Assembly (NCBI RefSeq): GCF_016432865.1
Contig: NC_067401.1
Coordinates: 323,578,001 to 323,642,000, forward strand
Length of the DNA: 64,000 nt
Direction: 5' to 3'
Origin: Antechinus flavipes
Lineage: Eukaryota
Part shown: one piece after another, positions 1 through 12,895 of the stretch
Position numbering within the stretch: position 1 is the first letter of the stretch
Layout of the letters: the number at the start of each line of letters is the position of its first letter
Program-made: the position numbers and the translations under genes
The notes under the pieces: generated by a model
Told to the model about the DNA's origin: nothing
What the model saw: only the letters and a program-made list of their open reading frames with translations
Database searches by the model: none

Positions 1-2103
1 ACATGCTATTATATCTGTATTTATTCACTGCATTACAAAGGTTGATATTTTGCTAAGACCAAAGGAGCCAAAAGCAGCCAAATTGGTGAGGGAGAGAGTT
101 GTGCAGTAAGAAAAGATATTAGATACACTACACCAAGCATCACTATTCAATATTAGTGGGAGGAGAGAGCAGGGCCAGCCTTTGTCCTTATGGATTGCAA
201 ACTGCAACAATGAAGAACAACTGTTCAACAACTATTTACCAGGACAGTTACCAGAGAAGGTAAATTGTTTATAATGCTCTACCAGGATTTTTTGTTTTAT
301 ATCCCATGCAAGTTAATTCAAAGGGAAATTCAGAAAAACTGATAAAATCTAAAATTGCATCATGATTAATTTCCAATAGTTCTGTGCTCAAACAGAACAG
401 ATGTCTTAGTGAAACTGCATTAGCAGATAAAAAGCTCCATTAGCTAGTAAAGGCTGGGTATAGTGGGTGGGAATGATGAAAAAGTATGGCAAGGAAAAGA
501 TAGAAAGGGAATTGAGACATGCCACCTTTATATTACAGTTTTTTTTTTTCTATAGGGGCAACATGGACAATGAAGAGCAGAAAATTGAATTCATATATCT
601 AAAAGTTATCTCAGCAAAAATTTAGGTCACAACATTTCACAATGTGATCAGAGTAAGTTAAACAGAGTGTGGGAAAGGTGTGGACTACCTTGAGGGTATG
701 AAATGTATTAATTGAAATTGTCAGCTGGATTTTGTCAACTTAGAAATAAATCTGCTGATCCATGTGTTAATTCTAATTGAGAGACAGTCTAGTGGGAGAA
801 ATGTAGGTCAAATCTAATGCTTAGCTAGCTCTATAACTATGTGCAAGATATTTAATCCCCCTCAGCTGTTTCCTCATCTGTAAAATGGGGATAATAATTA
901 TGTTGTCTAACTCAAAATCCTAACTGAAAAATATTTGTAAACCTTAAAATACTATGAGAATAAGAAATATTGTTATTAGTGATTCTTCATTGTGCCTGTA
1001 ATCATAAAGTATCATCCTTTTCTTATTTCCAACCACCAATACTTTTTTCTCTTGTTTTAATAATGAAATGAATGTTATTCCATAAAGAGTGATTTTAATA
1101 TCTTTACTCCATAAATTTTTAGCTATTAATGAGGCATTTTAAAATTGATTTCAAAACAATCATCTCCCTCAAAATCTAAAACCCATACAAAATGATGTAA
1201 TGACTAGCAGTCCTCTTTTTTTCACAGTAAGCCTAACAAGCATTAGATAGTGTAGGAAGGTCTAACATTCAATTACACAGAAAACTATCTTTTAAACAAA
1301 TTAACTAAAAGCAGGTAAAAAATTAAATCTAATTTCTATTTTGGCACAGAGGTTTCTGGTATCCTTTATTAACCTGAAGGTAGCTAACAGCTTGTAAGCT
1401 GCAATTGAGACACTCCAGCAATGTGTAGTCAAATTGGAAGATATCATATTACACTTACATATTAAAAAGCCCCTATCCTCTGCAGTAATGGAGTATCACC
1501 AAGATTACTCAAAACCAAACAGCTTAAAAAGATTCTAAAATAACAACACAGACTTCCCTTGTATAGAGTTTGATAACAAACCTTATCCAGAGTACATTCA
1601 ATGCATTATTTTTACACTATAAAATAAAATATAGGGGGACCTCTCAAGTTACTATATTAAGAATTCCCACTGATTTGCTGAAACAGCAGACTGACTACAA
1701 TCACCAAAAAAAAAAAAAAAAAAAAACCACCTCAAACAAAAACGGTTTTGTTCCAAACAATCTAGAAGGCTTTGTTAGTACTGTGTCCATTTAAAAGACT
1801 ACCTTTCCTTTTCCATCTTTTGTCTGTCTTTAACCACTCAAAAAAAAGTGGGAGGGGAGCCATTATTTTACTTCACTTGACCAAAAATGTAATTGTTTAC
1901 TTAACTTTTTCTTTACAATGCCATCAATTTCTTGATAGTAAACTATTCATCATGATAATGAAAGTTTGCTTTTAATCAGAGACATTATTCATTTACCAGA
2001 AATTTTCTGAGCTTCAAAGTGAAGTGCAAATTTACATTCTGACCATTAATTTTAATACAGAAGTAGACTAAAATCTTCTTGGTCTTTTAAAAATTTCCCA
2101 CTC

Positions 2104-3212
2104 GAAGCAACAAACTGGGAAAACATTTTCACAGTTAAAGGTTCTGATAAAGGCCTCATTTCCAAAATATATAGAGAACTAACTCAAATGTATAAGAAAT
2201 CAAGCCATTCTCCAATTGATAAATGGTCAAAGGATATGAACAGACAATTTTCAGAGGATGAAATTGAAACTATTACCACTCATATGAAAGAGTGTTCCAA
2301 ATTATTATTGATCAGAGAAATGAAAATTAAGACAACTCTGAGATACCACTACACACCTGTCAGATTGGCTAAGATGACAGGAAAAAATAATGATGAATGT
2401 TGGAGGGGATGCGGGAAAACTGGGACACTAATGCATTGTTGGTGGAGTTGTGAACGAATCCAACCATTCTGGAGAGCAATCTGGAATTATGCCCAAAAAA
2501 TTATCAAACTGTGCATACCCTTTGATCCAGCAGTGTTTCTATTGGGCTTATATCCCAAAGAAATACTAAAGAAGGGAAAGGGACCTGTATGTGCCAAAAT
2601 GTTTGTAGCAGCCCTGTTTGTAGTGGCTAGAAACTGGAAAATGAATGGATGCCCATCAATTGGAGAATGGCTGGGTAAATTGTGGTATATGAATGTTATG
2701 GAATATTATTGTTCTGTAAGAAATGACCAGCAGATGAATACAGAGAGGACTGGCGAGACTTACATGAACTGATGCTAAGTGAAATGAGCAGAACCAGGAG
2801 ATCATTATACACTTCGACAATGATATTGTATGAGGACATATTTTGATGGAAGTGGATTTCTTTGACAAAGAGACCTGAGTTTCAATTGATAAATGACGGA
2901 CAAAAGCCGCTACACCCAAAGAAGGAACACTGGGAAACGAATGTGAACTATCTGCATTTTTGTTTTTCTTCCCGGGTTATTTATACCTTCTGAATCCAAT
3001 TCTCCCATTGCAACAAGAGAACTGTTCAGTTCTGCAAACATATATTGTACCTAGGATATACTGCAACATATCCAACATATAAAGGACTGCTTGCCATCTA
3101 GGGGAGGGGGCGGAGGGAGGGAGGGAGGGAAAAAAAAATCGGAACAGAAACGAGTATCAATATAAAGTAATTATTAAATAAAAATTAAATTTAAAAAAAA
3201 TAAAAATAAAAA
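2104..3212 (+). mobile_element. Relatively young 5'-truncated LINE-1 (ORF2 C-terminus, 3' UTR, A-rich tail)
   Basis: ORF 2188-2772 has typical L1 ORF2 C-terminal motifs (TTLRYH.TPVR.A, CWRGCG..GTL.HCWW.C, PFDPA..LLG.YPK) and a probable 1-nt frameshift near 2735. It has a G-rich 3' UTR and an A-rich tail. The 15-bp TSD is AAAAATTTCC[C/T]ACTC at 2089-2103 and 3213-3227, at a TT/AAAA endonuclease site. Confidence 0.96.
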
Positions 3213-5529
3213 AAAAATTTCCTACTCTTAAATTTCAGATCTGTAGTTATAGTTTTGGTTATTCCTACTACTAATAAAGTTTGAAGCTGATCTCTATGTT
3301 CATCTTAGTCCTTTCACCATTCTTTAATTAGCTGACATATCCAACTTTTTAAAGTTCCAAAAATAAAACACGAGTGTTCAATGATAACACAACTGGAATT
3401 TATCCAGAAATATTTACTAAACACTAAGTTACATAATGATAATGGGGGAAAAAACATAACCAGTAGCTATACCAGTCTTTTCAGGAATTTCAATAAAATA
3501 AAAATTATTTGAAAAATAGTAATACCTTCCCCAAGACCTAGAGTAACCAGCCATGTATCAACACACTTTTGGCTTATCATTTCAACTTTATCATAGAAAA
3601 AAAAAATTCCTATCTAAACCTCCCAAAGGGTACTATTCTGAACGATCTGGATTTTTCTGAAATATTATTAATTTTTCTGCATCCTAAAATGCACACAATT
3701 TGAAAAGTAAGTTATCTCTTATAAGTGATAAATTCTACTCACACAACTTACCAGTAACATATCTTAGGCTGTAAACATGAAAGATAGCAAACATCATTTT
3801 ATATCTGAGAAGAAATTCAAATATCATCCAATTTGCACTACATATATGCTATGTATTGATGAGGAAACTGAAAATAAATAATTTAATTTTCTCCTTTTGG
3901 CTTTGAAATCCTTTAACAGTCTGGTTCCAATCTAATCCTCCTGGAGAATAACCCATTAGTCCCTTTCACACACTCTTATCTTCCATTCCAAATGGTCTGT
4001 TTGCTTTTCCATAGGTACAACACTTCAGCTCTGATTTCTGGGTCTTTATACATATTGTTCTTTCATACCTAGAATGCTTTTTTTTCCTTCTGCCTCTTGG
4101 AATCTCAATTTCTTTAAACTGATGTATCGCTCAAGGACTATTAAGGCCACTTTTCCTATATCTTCTTCTGTTGCTTGCACCTGCTCTGTACCCTAATTAC
4201 CTTGCATATAGCAAACATAAGTTCATTATAGGAACAGTCTCATTCTTTATATCTTCAGCATCTAACACTGTGCCTGGCCCATGGTAAGCACCTAGTGAAT
4301 ACTTGCTTATTCACTAACTGATATACATTTTGCATTTCATTATATGTGTATATTTCTTGCTATAAACTTGTAGGCTCCTTGAGGGCATTGACTGCTTTGC
4401 TTTTTTTAAAATTTAGCTACCATGTCTGGAACATAGCAGGTACTTAACAAATATTTGTTTCTTGACAGACTTAAGTCTTACAGACAGAACTAGAATTAAT
4501 ATTGCTGAGGATTAGATTTATTTAATTTTATGACATGTCTAGCAATAAGACACAAAGCCATAGGAATGGTAATTTTGGCACTTGAGAAACTGAGAGATTT
4601 TCTCTCTCATATTTTCTTTTTTGCTTAATTACTGAGTGAGAAAGAAATCATAAGCATTTGGATATAAATGATCAGTTTTATAATCTTTTAAAAATTATAA
4701 TTTTTCCATTACTTGTTTTTTGTATTATTATCTGTGACAATATCAGTCTTAAGAACTCCCAATGGGGGAATAACCTTCACCCACAATGATTACAACTTCT
4801 CTATGAGTTACTGAGTAAGTCCTACAAAGTATCTGTCTGACTGAGGTTCGCACAGCTAATGTCAGAGTAGGGATTTGAATCCCAGTCTTTCTAACTTCTA
4901 CACTCAATGCTGTCACACTGCTTAGCTTATATTTACACTAAAATACCACCTGTTAAGCAACCATGTTAATACCAAAAAATTTAAGGCAACTTTAAATGTT
5001 CAGTCTTCTATAAAAATAAATTTTATAATTTCTTTTCATCTTTTGTTGGATGTGAACAAGGGCTGAATTCTACCTATAAGTGTTAAAGCATTCACATGTT
5101 TAAATATTTCCATAACTTCACCTTTTACTTGCCCCTTTTATAACCTGAGAACTCCTTCAAGCCTGCTCAAGCACTAATGATCTGACTGGTTCCCTCAGAC
5201 AAGAAATGCACTCTGTAGCATAAAAAATGAAGCAATGATTATAGATATTAATCAAAATATGACACATGGGAAATGTAAAATGTTTCTATCTTCATTTGTC
5301 TTCAGATTTTTTGAATTTTAATGGAAAGGAGATGGGTGGTGATAAAATATTACAAGATGTAAGAAAGTTACCAACTTTTTTTCTCCTCTTTAAATGGGGT
5401 AATTACCATTCCAGAAGTTTCACTGACTGAAAAATAAATGTTATTAGGGGAAACAACAGTTTGCCCTGTGTCCTTAGGACCCCCGCTCCCCCCCAAGAAC
5501 ATAAGTCTCTCAAAATCTTGAAGGAAAAG

Positions 5530-5970
5530 TGTTATGTCCTGTTTTCTAGAGCCCCCAAGTTGGGGTGACAAAACATACCATTGATTTTCAGAGCCCCCAC
5601 ACCGGGTTGATTAAAATATACCTTCCTAGTGGAGAAGTGATGGGGTGGGACTCCTGAGGATGGTGGAAAATGGAGTCCATTTATTTCAAGGACTTTCCCC
5701 TTTATATAATGTAACAAAAACAACACTGTGCACATGGGACCACATAAACAACTTGCTATTGTATGTAGTTTGCCACCTGGTATCACTCTTCCACCTGGTA
5801 TCACTCTGCTTCAATTTCAACACAGATTGTCACCGCCCCCTGACTTCTCAGGAAGGCTGAGAACCCTTAGAGGAGATGGGGAGCCAAACCAGGCATTGTT
5901 AGCGGCTCCCTCTGGGCTGAAGGGTCTCATACCTCACCCAGAGTTTCCTCACTGACTGTGACTGTCTACA
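5530..5970 (-). mobile_element. Solo LTR (441 bp), probably class II ERV
   Basis: TG...CA termini and an exact 6-bp TSD GAAAAG (5524-5529, 5971-5976). On the minus strand TATATAAA is at 5701-5708 and AATAAA at 5680-5685. There is an internal 18-bp tandem duplication at 5773-5807. Confidence 0.85.
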
Positions 5971-8653
5971 GAAAAGGGTAGTCTGAGATGCCATCACAGG
6001 GAGGTGTCTCCATCCAAGTCTGCAAAGCTAACTTGATTAATTCATGAAAGAAGTTGGGCATTTTAAAGTATAACTTGTCAGTCAACAGGCATTTAAGTAG
6101 TACTTAGTCAATAAATAATGAAAAAAAACTTTTATTAAGTGATTACTATATTGTAGGCACTCAGCTACTTGCTAAATTTGTTACCCAGTCATTCAGACAA
6201 CTCTTTAGGACCTCATATGGAGTTTTCTTGTCAAAAACCATTCCTTTTGCAATGGATTAGAAAAACAAAGATTAAGTGACTTACCCAAATTCATAAAGCC
6301 AGTGAGTGTCTAAAGTCAAATTTGAATTCAGTTCTTCCTGACTTCAGAATCCAATGAGCATTTAGCTGCCTCTACAATGTACAAATCCCCAGCTCCTTCT
6401 CCTCCCCATCCCCTCAAAAAAATCCACAATACACAATTCAAGGAGCTTACAACTTAAAGGAGGAAGGAAATACATAAAAGAAAGCTGAAGGAAGGTTTAG
6501 AGGTAGAGATACCCATGCAGGAGGCAAGGTAGAGAAGCCAAAGAAGTTCAAACTGAGTGTCTGACTTTGAAGCCATCAAACTGAATTGTTGTCTTCATCT
6601 TTCCAATTTACTTCATATGAGTTTCAGGGATTCTAGATTAATGTCATGAGAATGCAAATGAAATATAGAAACTTTAAAATTATAAGCAGCTGGAGTTTAT
6701 CTGATGATACCAAGGGAATATTCTTAGTTTTTCTAAAAATAAGAATCTTGAGTTAATGCAGTAAAAATCCATTAGGAAAACAATAGGAGAAATTCTCTAG
6801 TATAATGGCTAGAGTCATGAAGAGCTGAATTCAACTCTCATCTCTGGAATACACTGACCGTGTGGCTCTGGACAGGTGACTTAAAATTTCACTGTTCCCA
6901 GGCAACTCACTAAATCTTTGCTTTTCTCCTTTTGTAGAGGAAATTTTCCCCCATAGGAAATTACCTACATCAAAGAAATCATAGGCCCACTTTAAGATAA
7001 TAATAAAGAAGTAACTGAATTGTATTGCATTTAAAATATATATATTTGGCTTTCATTTTACTAAGTAAATCCTTTTAATGGCCTACACTTTTCCCTGAAA
7101 TAAACTTCCAATGAGAAGGTTGGGGTATGTGGATACTTGGGAACTCTTACCAGACTCTTCCTTTGAAAAGGGCACCCAAAGGATTCACTTCAGCATTTTC
7201 CATCCAGCTGCTACTTTGCTGGATTTCATGATCTTCAGAAACTTATCATTCCACAAGATAATTTCAACTTTTAAATTCATGCCTCTTAAGATCATTTCCC
7301 ACCCCAACCCTTAGACTTCTTCATGCCCCCGTGCTAAGTCACCACTCCCATTTTCAGGTTCTTCTTACATGTTGTCTTTCCTCATTAGACTGCAATATCC
7401 TTGAGAACAGGAACTCCTATGCCTTTCTTTATATTCCCAGTCCTAAGCACAATATTTGCCACGTAGTAAGCACTTAATAAATATTCCTTGACTCTTGACT
7501 CATTTATAGCAACAATATTGTTCTGATTAAGTTCGTATGGAACTAGGGAACACTACACATTACAAAGATTTAAAGTGGAGCTTCATCTTCAGTTTAATTC
7601 AATGGAAAGGCTTATGGAGGGTGAAGCAGTCTATACAGGGTATACTAGAATACTTAGTATAGTTATTTAAGCTGTTGAAGCTTCAAAGAGCACTAAACTT
7701 TTGGGGATACACTATATTACAAAAGAAGAACCACAGAAGAGAAGCAGAGTAAAGAATGTTATTGGAGACTCTCTAAGATGTGGGAAAAAAGGGGGAAGAG
7801 GGGAGAAGGTAAGTTAGCTATATACAGAAGGAAAAAATGATGCTGGAAGAATAGGCTCTTTTGCTATTTGCTCCACTGTTACCCAATGCAAATCAGGAGG
7901 TTTGGCTCACATTATAAAACTACTGTATGGAAATTTTATGAGAAGACATGTACAAATCATTCAGGATGGGCAGACAAAGAGGAGTTACAATCCATATTGT
8001 TTAAAAAAAAAAAAAAGGAGAATATCTACATTGGTGGAATTTTTGCAATTCTATAGAAATAAAGTCAAATCTTAAAGCCTTGTAGTGTGATATAATCCAT
8101 ATAAACAACAGTAAACATTATTAGCATATGTATTTATTACAAAGTTCTATTCCAATGCTTCTATTATGGCACAAAAGTTACTCTGAGTTGGATTGGGAAT
8201 GCACACAATTCCAGGAGCTGAAAAGCTTTGACCTGAAGCTAGGCTTCATCTGAGCTTTTTTGGGAGAGATTTGTCACCAAGGAGTTTTATGCCACAATGT
8301 GAAGATTTATTTTTTGACCATAACCACAATGCATGCCTACAAAGGCATGGAAAAATTTCCATCACTGAAGAATGAAATCAGTATTACTGAATTGTCAGTA
8401 ACAATAAAAACTACAATTATTTTAGTAAATGCCATTATATCAGTACCCTTTCATGCTACCTACTTCTAATTTCTTAAAATAACCTGGCTTATTTTGGAAA
8501 TTTTGGAAAAAATCATTTAAGATTTTAATACAATATTGTCAAAATTGACAACACATGCACTGTGAACTAATTTCAAACAGTAAAATACAAAAGAACAATC
8601 ATGAATATCTGACATGATAAAAGAAGGTACATACTCTTCCCTAATTATTTTTT

Positions 8654-9265
8654 TTAATGGCAGGGTCCTGACAGAATACATGTCCTTCTTTTAGCCTTTA
8701 ATATTCTTATAATATCCTTATGAGCTTTATAGGTTGTATAAAATTCACTTCTTGATATCCTTGTAAACCTGGATCTGACCCTTTTGGCTTTACATCTTTT
8801 TACTAAAACTGAAAAAGACTGCCAAGAGACTAAGCTTCTTAGAGAAGGATTATTCAGCATTATAGCTAACTCCAATTTAGTTCCCAGCCATAATGATCAA
8901 GCCATAATTATAAAAAGGGCAGAATACTACAGACTACCTATCTGGAAGTTCTCTCACTAGGCCAATTAAGTGCTTTGTAGCTAATGGGATCTGTCTTCAG
9001 TGAGTTTCATATTACAACATTAACCAGATGTCTTCTAAATATCATGTTTCTCAAACCATCTGAAAAGTTTGCAATGAATAATATGAGTAGCAGTTTTATG
9101 TTCTTTACCTATGTTGCTAACAGGCCCAAGGCAATTGATTTAAGGGCATCATCACCAATTCTGCATTCTCTAGTGACTAGATCTAGCAATACATATAAAA
9201 TTTTAAATGATGCATACTGAAATAAAAATGCAAAAATAATATTATATAAGTAAATTAACCAGATA
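8654..9265 (-). mobile_element. Highly diverged CR1/L2-group LINE reverse-transcriptase fossil
   Basis: Two minus frames give RT-like blocks in the correct order: LIYL..FQYASFKI (~IYLDFSKAFDKV), RIGDDALKSIALGL (~GI.G..L.WI..WL), LLLILFIANFSDGLRNMI (~LLF.IFINDL.DG), VVCSILPF (~KCKVLH), LNNPSL...V (~LVRP.LEY), RVRSRFTR (~RVQRRFTR, 8759-8782) and Y...K......KRR (~SYEERLKEL..FSLEKRR). There are stops, a frameshift and internal deletions. Manual alignment only. Confidence 0.7.
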
Positions 9266-10866
9266 ACATTAGCAGACTCAAATATACAAACAGTTCTATG
9301 CTTGATCACAATGACAGAATTCCTATCTGCTGATAAAGAAGGGTCTGCTAATCAGGATAACCCAGTAGAGCATTCATCTGATGGCAGCCACTATAAAGAC
9401 CAGCAAGTGAAACCTATCCATTACAGTTTACCATCTCAATACAAAAAGTCAACTCAGCTTGCAGAATTTATCCTATAAACTGGCAATGAATCTATGTTGC
9501 CCTTGCATTCTGATTATATCAGGACCACAGTTATCTAAACAATGAACTAACAACAAGAATATTGGATCTAGTGAGAGGAACTGGATTCAAATCCTAATTT
9601 TGTCACTGGAGTATGTACTTGTGACTGGAGGCAAATCATCTATCTGTGGGCCTCAGTTTTCACATCCATGAAACAAGGGAGTTGGATTTTGACAAGACTT
9701 TTCAAGATCTAAATATATGAACATTAAACTCAGTTCCTGCAGTATGAAGGACTGCTATGCTTTTTTCATTTCTTGCTTAAATTTCATGGGCTCTGTTGCT
9801 GGACAGAGGCTTAGCCACTGACTCAATTCAGCACTACAATATTTACGGCCTTAGGTGGGTAGAATACTATTTTGTGGTTCATTTGTCTAAGTAACTTTCA
9901 GGAGTTGGTGATCTTTAAGGAGAATTTTTCTCCTAGCAGAACCAAGAGGAAGTCTGTGGAGAAATTTCACTTAAGATTCTGGTTTCATGCAAACTGAGAT
10001 ATATTGAAAATACAAAGGAAATGAATTAGCCATCACTGAGATAACTGCATAGGCTATTTCCCATGTCTAGAATGTCTTCTTCCTCAAGCTTTTACAGCAA
10101 AGCATATCCATTATCACCTTAAACCATACTCAAAAACTCCTCTTCTCTGTGAAACCTTTCCAGACAAAGCTGGCCAGTTTCCAAGTGCTGCAAGACAACC
10201 CTGAAGCATTTATGTGTATCACCATGTACTTGTAGTTGGTTATGAGCCTGTTGTTTCAATATGTAGTTTTACTGCTACTTGTCTTTAGACTGCCCTTGAG
10301 GAGCCATATATCTCCCCTCTTTCCTAGTAAATCCCCACAATACCAAATTCACTGAGTAGGCACTTAATAAATGATTATTATCAAGCCATACCTGCAATTT
10401 ATCATAAAGAATAGGATTTCTTCCTATAAAAATAAGTGACTGGTAAGGTCACAAAAAAGACAATAAGCTTTGACGTTTTTATATTTTCCTGCCTGTATTT
10501 TTAAAAGAAAATAAAATTTAACTCTAGTTCACTTAGGATAACCTTCTATATAGCTATATAGATAATAGGGAAAAATTCAGCAATTGAGCTCTTAATATGT
10601 AACCCTTCATTAAGAGGTAATTAAGAAGAATATGCTTATATTCTGCTATTCATTTCAGGGTATAATAAGAATCAAATTCATAGTTTCACAGTCTTAGATC
10701 TGGAAGTGATCATACCTGTTATAATCCGATCTTCACACTTTAGAGATGAGGAAAATCATTAAATAACTTTTCCTAGGAAGTGGCAAGGCTCAATCTCAAC
10801 TCCAAATCTAATTCTTTTACTGCTCCACCATGCTGTCATGTCTAAGCCTTCTAAAACCTGGAAGCA

Positions 10867-11008
10867 TTCTTTCTTTCTTTCTTTCTGCTGAGGCAATTGG
10901 GGTTAAGTGAGTTGCCCATGATCACACAGCTAGAAATGTTAAGTGTCTGAAGTCTGTCCTCTGACTTCAGAGCTGGTGCTTTATCTACTGCACCACCTAG
11001 CTGTCCCC
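10867..11008 (-). mobile_element. WSINE1-type short CORE-SINE
   Basis: The reverse complement of a GGGGCAGCTAGGTGG..CAGT.GATA head, a GGGCAA.TCACTTAACCCCAATTGCCTCAGC end and an (AAAG)n tail. CATTCTTTCT occurs on both flanks. Confidence 0.85.
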
Positions 11009-11634
11009 GGTACCATTCTTTCTAGCCTTACTGCATGCTATTCTAACACATACACTGCTTTTTAGGCTTGTTCGCCTATCTTCCCTATCTGTTTTTCTTC
11101 TATAACCCCAAAAAAGAAAAGATATAGCTAAGTAGCTATAATAAATAAGGAAAAATATCCTAAGTGCTATAAGAAATTTATACTTCAATAATCAAATAAA
11201 GAAAACATCAAGTGTCAACTTGTCTTTTCAATGAAACCTTTCCAAACAACAGCTCATGCTGTTCTCCATACTTCAAATATCCTTGCTATTCTATCTCTCT
11301 GTATTAAAATCTTCACTCCAACACTCTTGGAGATAAAACTCAAATACCATCTGTTTCATTAAGATCTGATCCTTCCTCTTGGCCCATTAGAAAAAAAAAA
11401 TTCCCTCAGATTTGGAAGTTCACATTGTTTGTATCTTATCCTTTTATGCTCTATTCTGAAAATTCTGTATTAGAATTGATAGCAAATTTAGTAAACAACA
11501 TGACTATTTCATTCTTATATTTCAAACCTCAATATCAGTGGTTCTATACAGTGGGTGATTAATAATTGACTATTGCATTGAAATGTTAAACCAAGTTTTG
11601 TAAAGGAGAAAAATAAGTGAACAGAGAGAGGAGA

Positions 11635-11806
11635 NNNNNNNNNNNNNNNNNNNNNNNNNNNNNNNNNNNNNNNNNNNNNNNNNNNNNNNNNNNNNNNNNN
11701 NNNNNNNNNNNNNNNNNNNNNNNNNNNNNNNNNNNNNNNNNNNNNNNNNNNNNNNNNNNNNNNNNNNNNNNNNNNNNNNNNNNNNNNNNNNNNNNNNNNN
11801 NNNNNN
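11635..11806. other. Assembly gap (172 N) inside a GA repeat
   Basis: N run flanked by gagagaggaga and gagagacagaga. Confidence 0.99.
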
Positions 11807-12244
11807 GAGAGACAGAGAAAATGAATAAATATCTTGAGTCCTCTCCAAATCTAATTACTAATTTAGTTTCTTGATGTAAAGTCATAAAGCAATTGTATTT
11901 AAAAATTTCTTAAGAGTATTTAAAATCAAATTTAAAATGGACTTGAGCAAGTTTTCCCAAAAGCTTCTGATGAAAAATTTTTTTCTCTTGATGTATGTTT
12001 GCTTTTAGGGTTCTCTTCCAGGGAATGGCTTAAGGCATTAAAGCAATTATTGAAGCATAGGCCTTTTCAAAATAAAAATACAAGTCTAGGCAAAACCAGC
12101 AAAACCAGCAATAAAGCTGTTTGACATTGGTATACTGAAATGGTAACCTGAAAATGAAATCATGAGAGTTAAATAAAGGTCCTCAATATAGTAAAAGAGA
12201 AGAAAAGTTTACAGATCAGGATTTTGAAAAATCTATTTAATATA

Positions 12245-12333
12245 CAGGGTGTTCCAAAAGTCTGGGTTGCAGTTTTAAGCTACTGAAAACTACTAAAGCT
12301 TAAAACTACACTCCCACTTCTGGACACCTATTG
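12245..12333. mobile_element. Palindromic Tc1/mariner-type MITE (marsupial ~80-90 bp family)
   Basis: TA|CAGGGTGTTCCAAAAGTC...GCAGTTTTAAGCT...AGCTTAAAACTAC...GGACACCT, a degenerate inverted structure starting after a TA. Confidence 0.7.
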
Positions 12334-12667
12334 TAATACAGATTTTCCTGATGTTTCATCAGAAAACTGATAATGAAAATTGAATTTGCATTATATTTCA
12401 ATGATCCAAATTGGTGCATTTGAAAATTCACATTTTAAAGATGCTACTAAGGTAACTCCCATTAAGTAAAACTATAAGGTGCTTTACCATTCAAATCCCA
12501 TAAAATATGAATAATTGCAAGGCTTTAGAATTTTAAAGTCATTTAATATTGTTAAAGAGATGGTAGAAAAAGTGGGAAATAATTCAGGATTACCTGCTAA
12601 TGACATTTACTGAATTACTAAGGACTAAAGGTGGTTTTAGTAAATGGATTTCAGTAAACAGAGAGAA

Positions 12668-12895
12668 GGGAAGCTAGATGGTACAGTGGGTGTAATAACA
12701 ATACTGGAATCAGGAAGACTCATCTTCCTGATTTTAAATCTGGCTTTAGACACTTAATAGCTTTGTGATTCTGAGCAAATTACTTAATAACACAATTTGT
12801 CTCAGTTTTTTCATCTGTCAAATAAGCTGGAGAAAGAAGTGGCAAACCACCTTTCCCAAATGACAAGACTGAAAAATAACTCAACAATAACAAAC
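12668..12895 (+). mobile_element. Mar1-type CORE-SINE with RTE-derived tail
   Basis: A tRNA-like head, then a CORE (..CTCAGTTT..CATCTGT.AAAT), then GCTGGAGAA.GAA.TGGCAAACCAC, the RTE/BovB-like tail. Confidence 0.75.

Noticed and set aside
8742-9478. Plus-strand long, nearly open frames (…KLLREGLFSIIANSNLVPSH…; …LEVLSLGQLSAL*LMGSVF…NRPKAIDLR…NQITLADSN…MTEFLSA) that by eye resemble Mononegavirales nucleoprotein (filovirus, bornavirus or pneumovirus), i.e. a possible endogenous viral element
   Set aside because: I could hand-align it about equally well to three virus families at only ~20% identity with flexible gaps, which indicates over-fitting. The opposite strand gives a more specific, ordered set of LINE RT motifs with a far higher prior. 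A six-frame HMM search with Ebola_NP, BDV_P40, Pneumo_ncap and RVT_1 profiles would settle it; a significant nucleoprotein hit would overturn this rejection.
11570-11885. ORFs in the track at 11570-11885 (and likewise 40759-41013)
   Set aside because: They are open only because they span N gaps.
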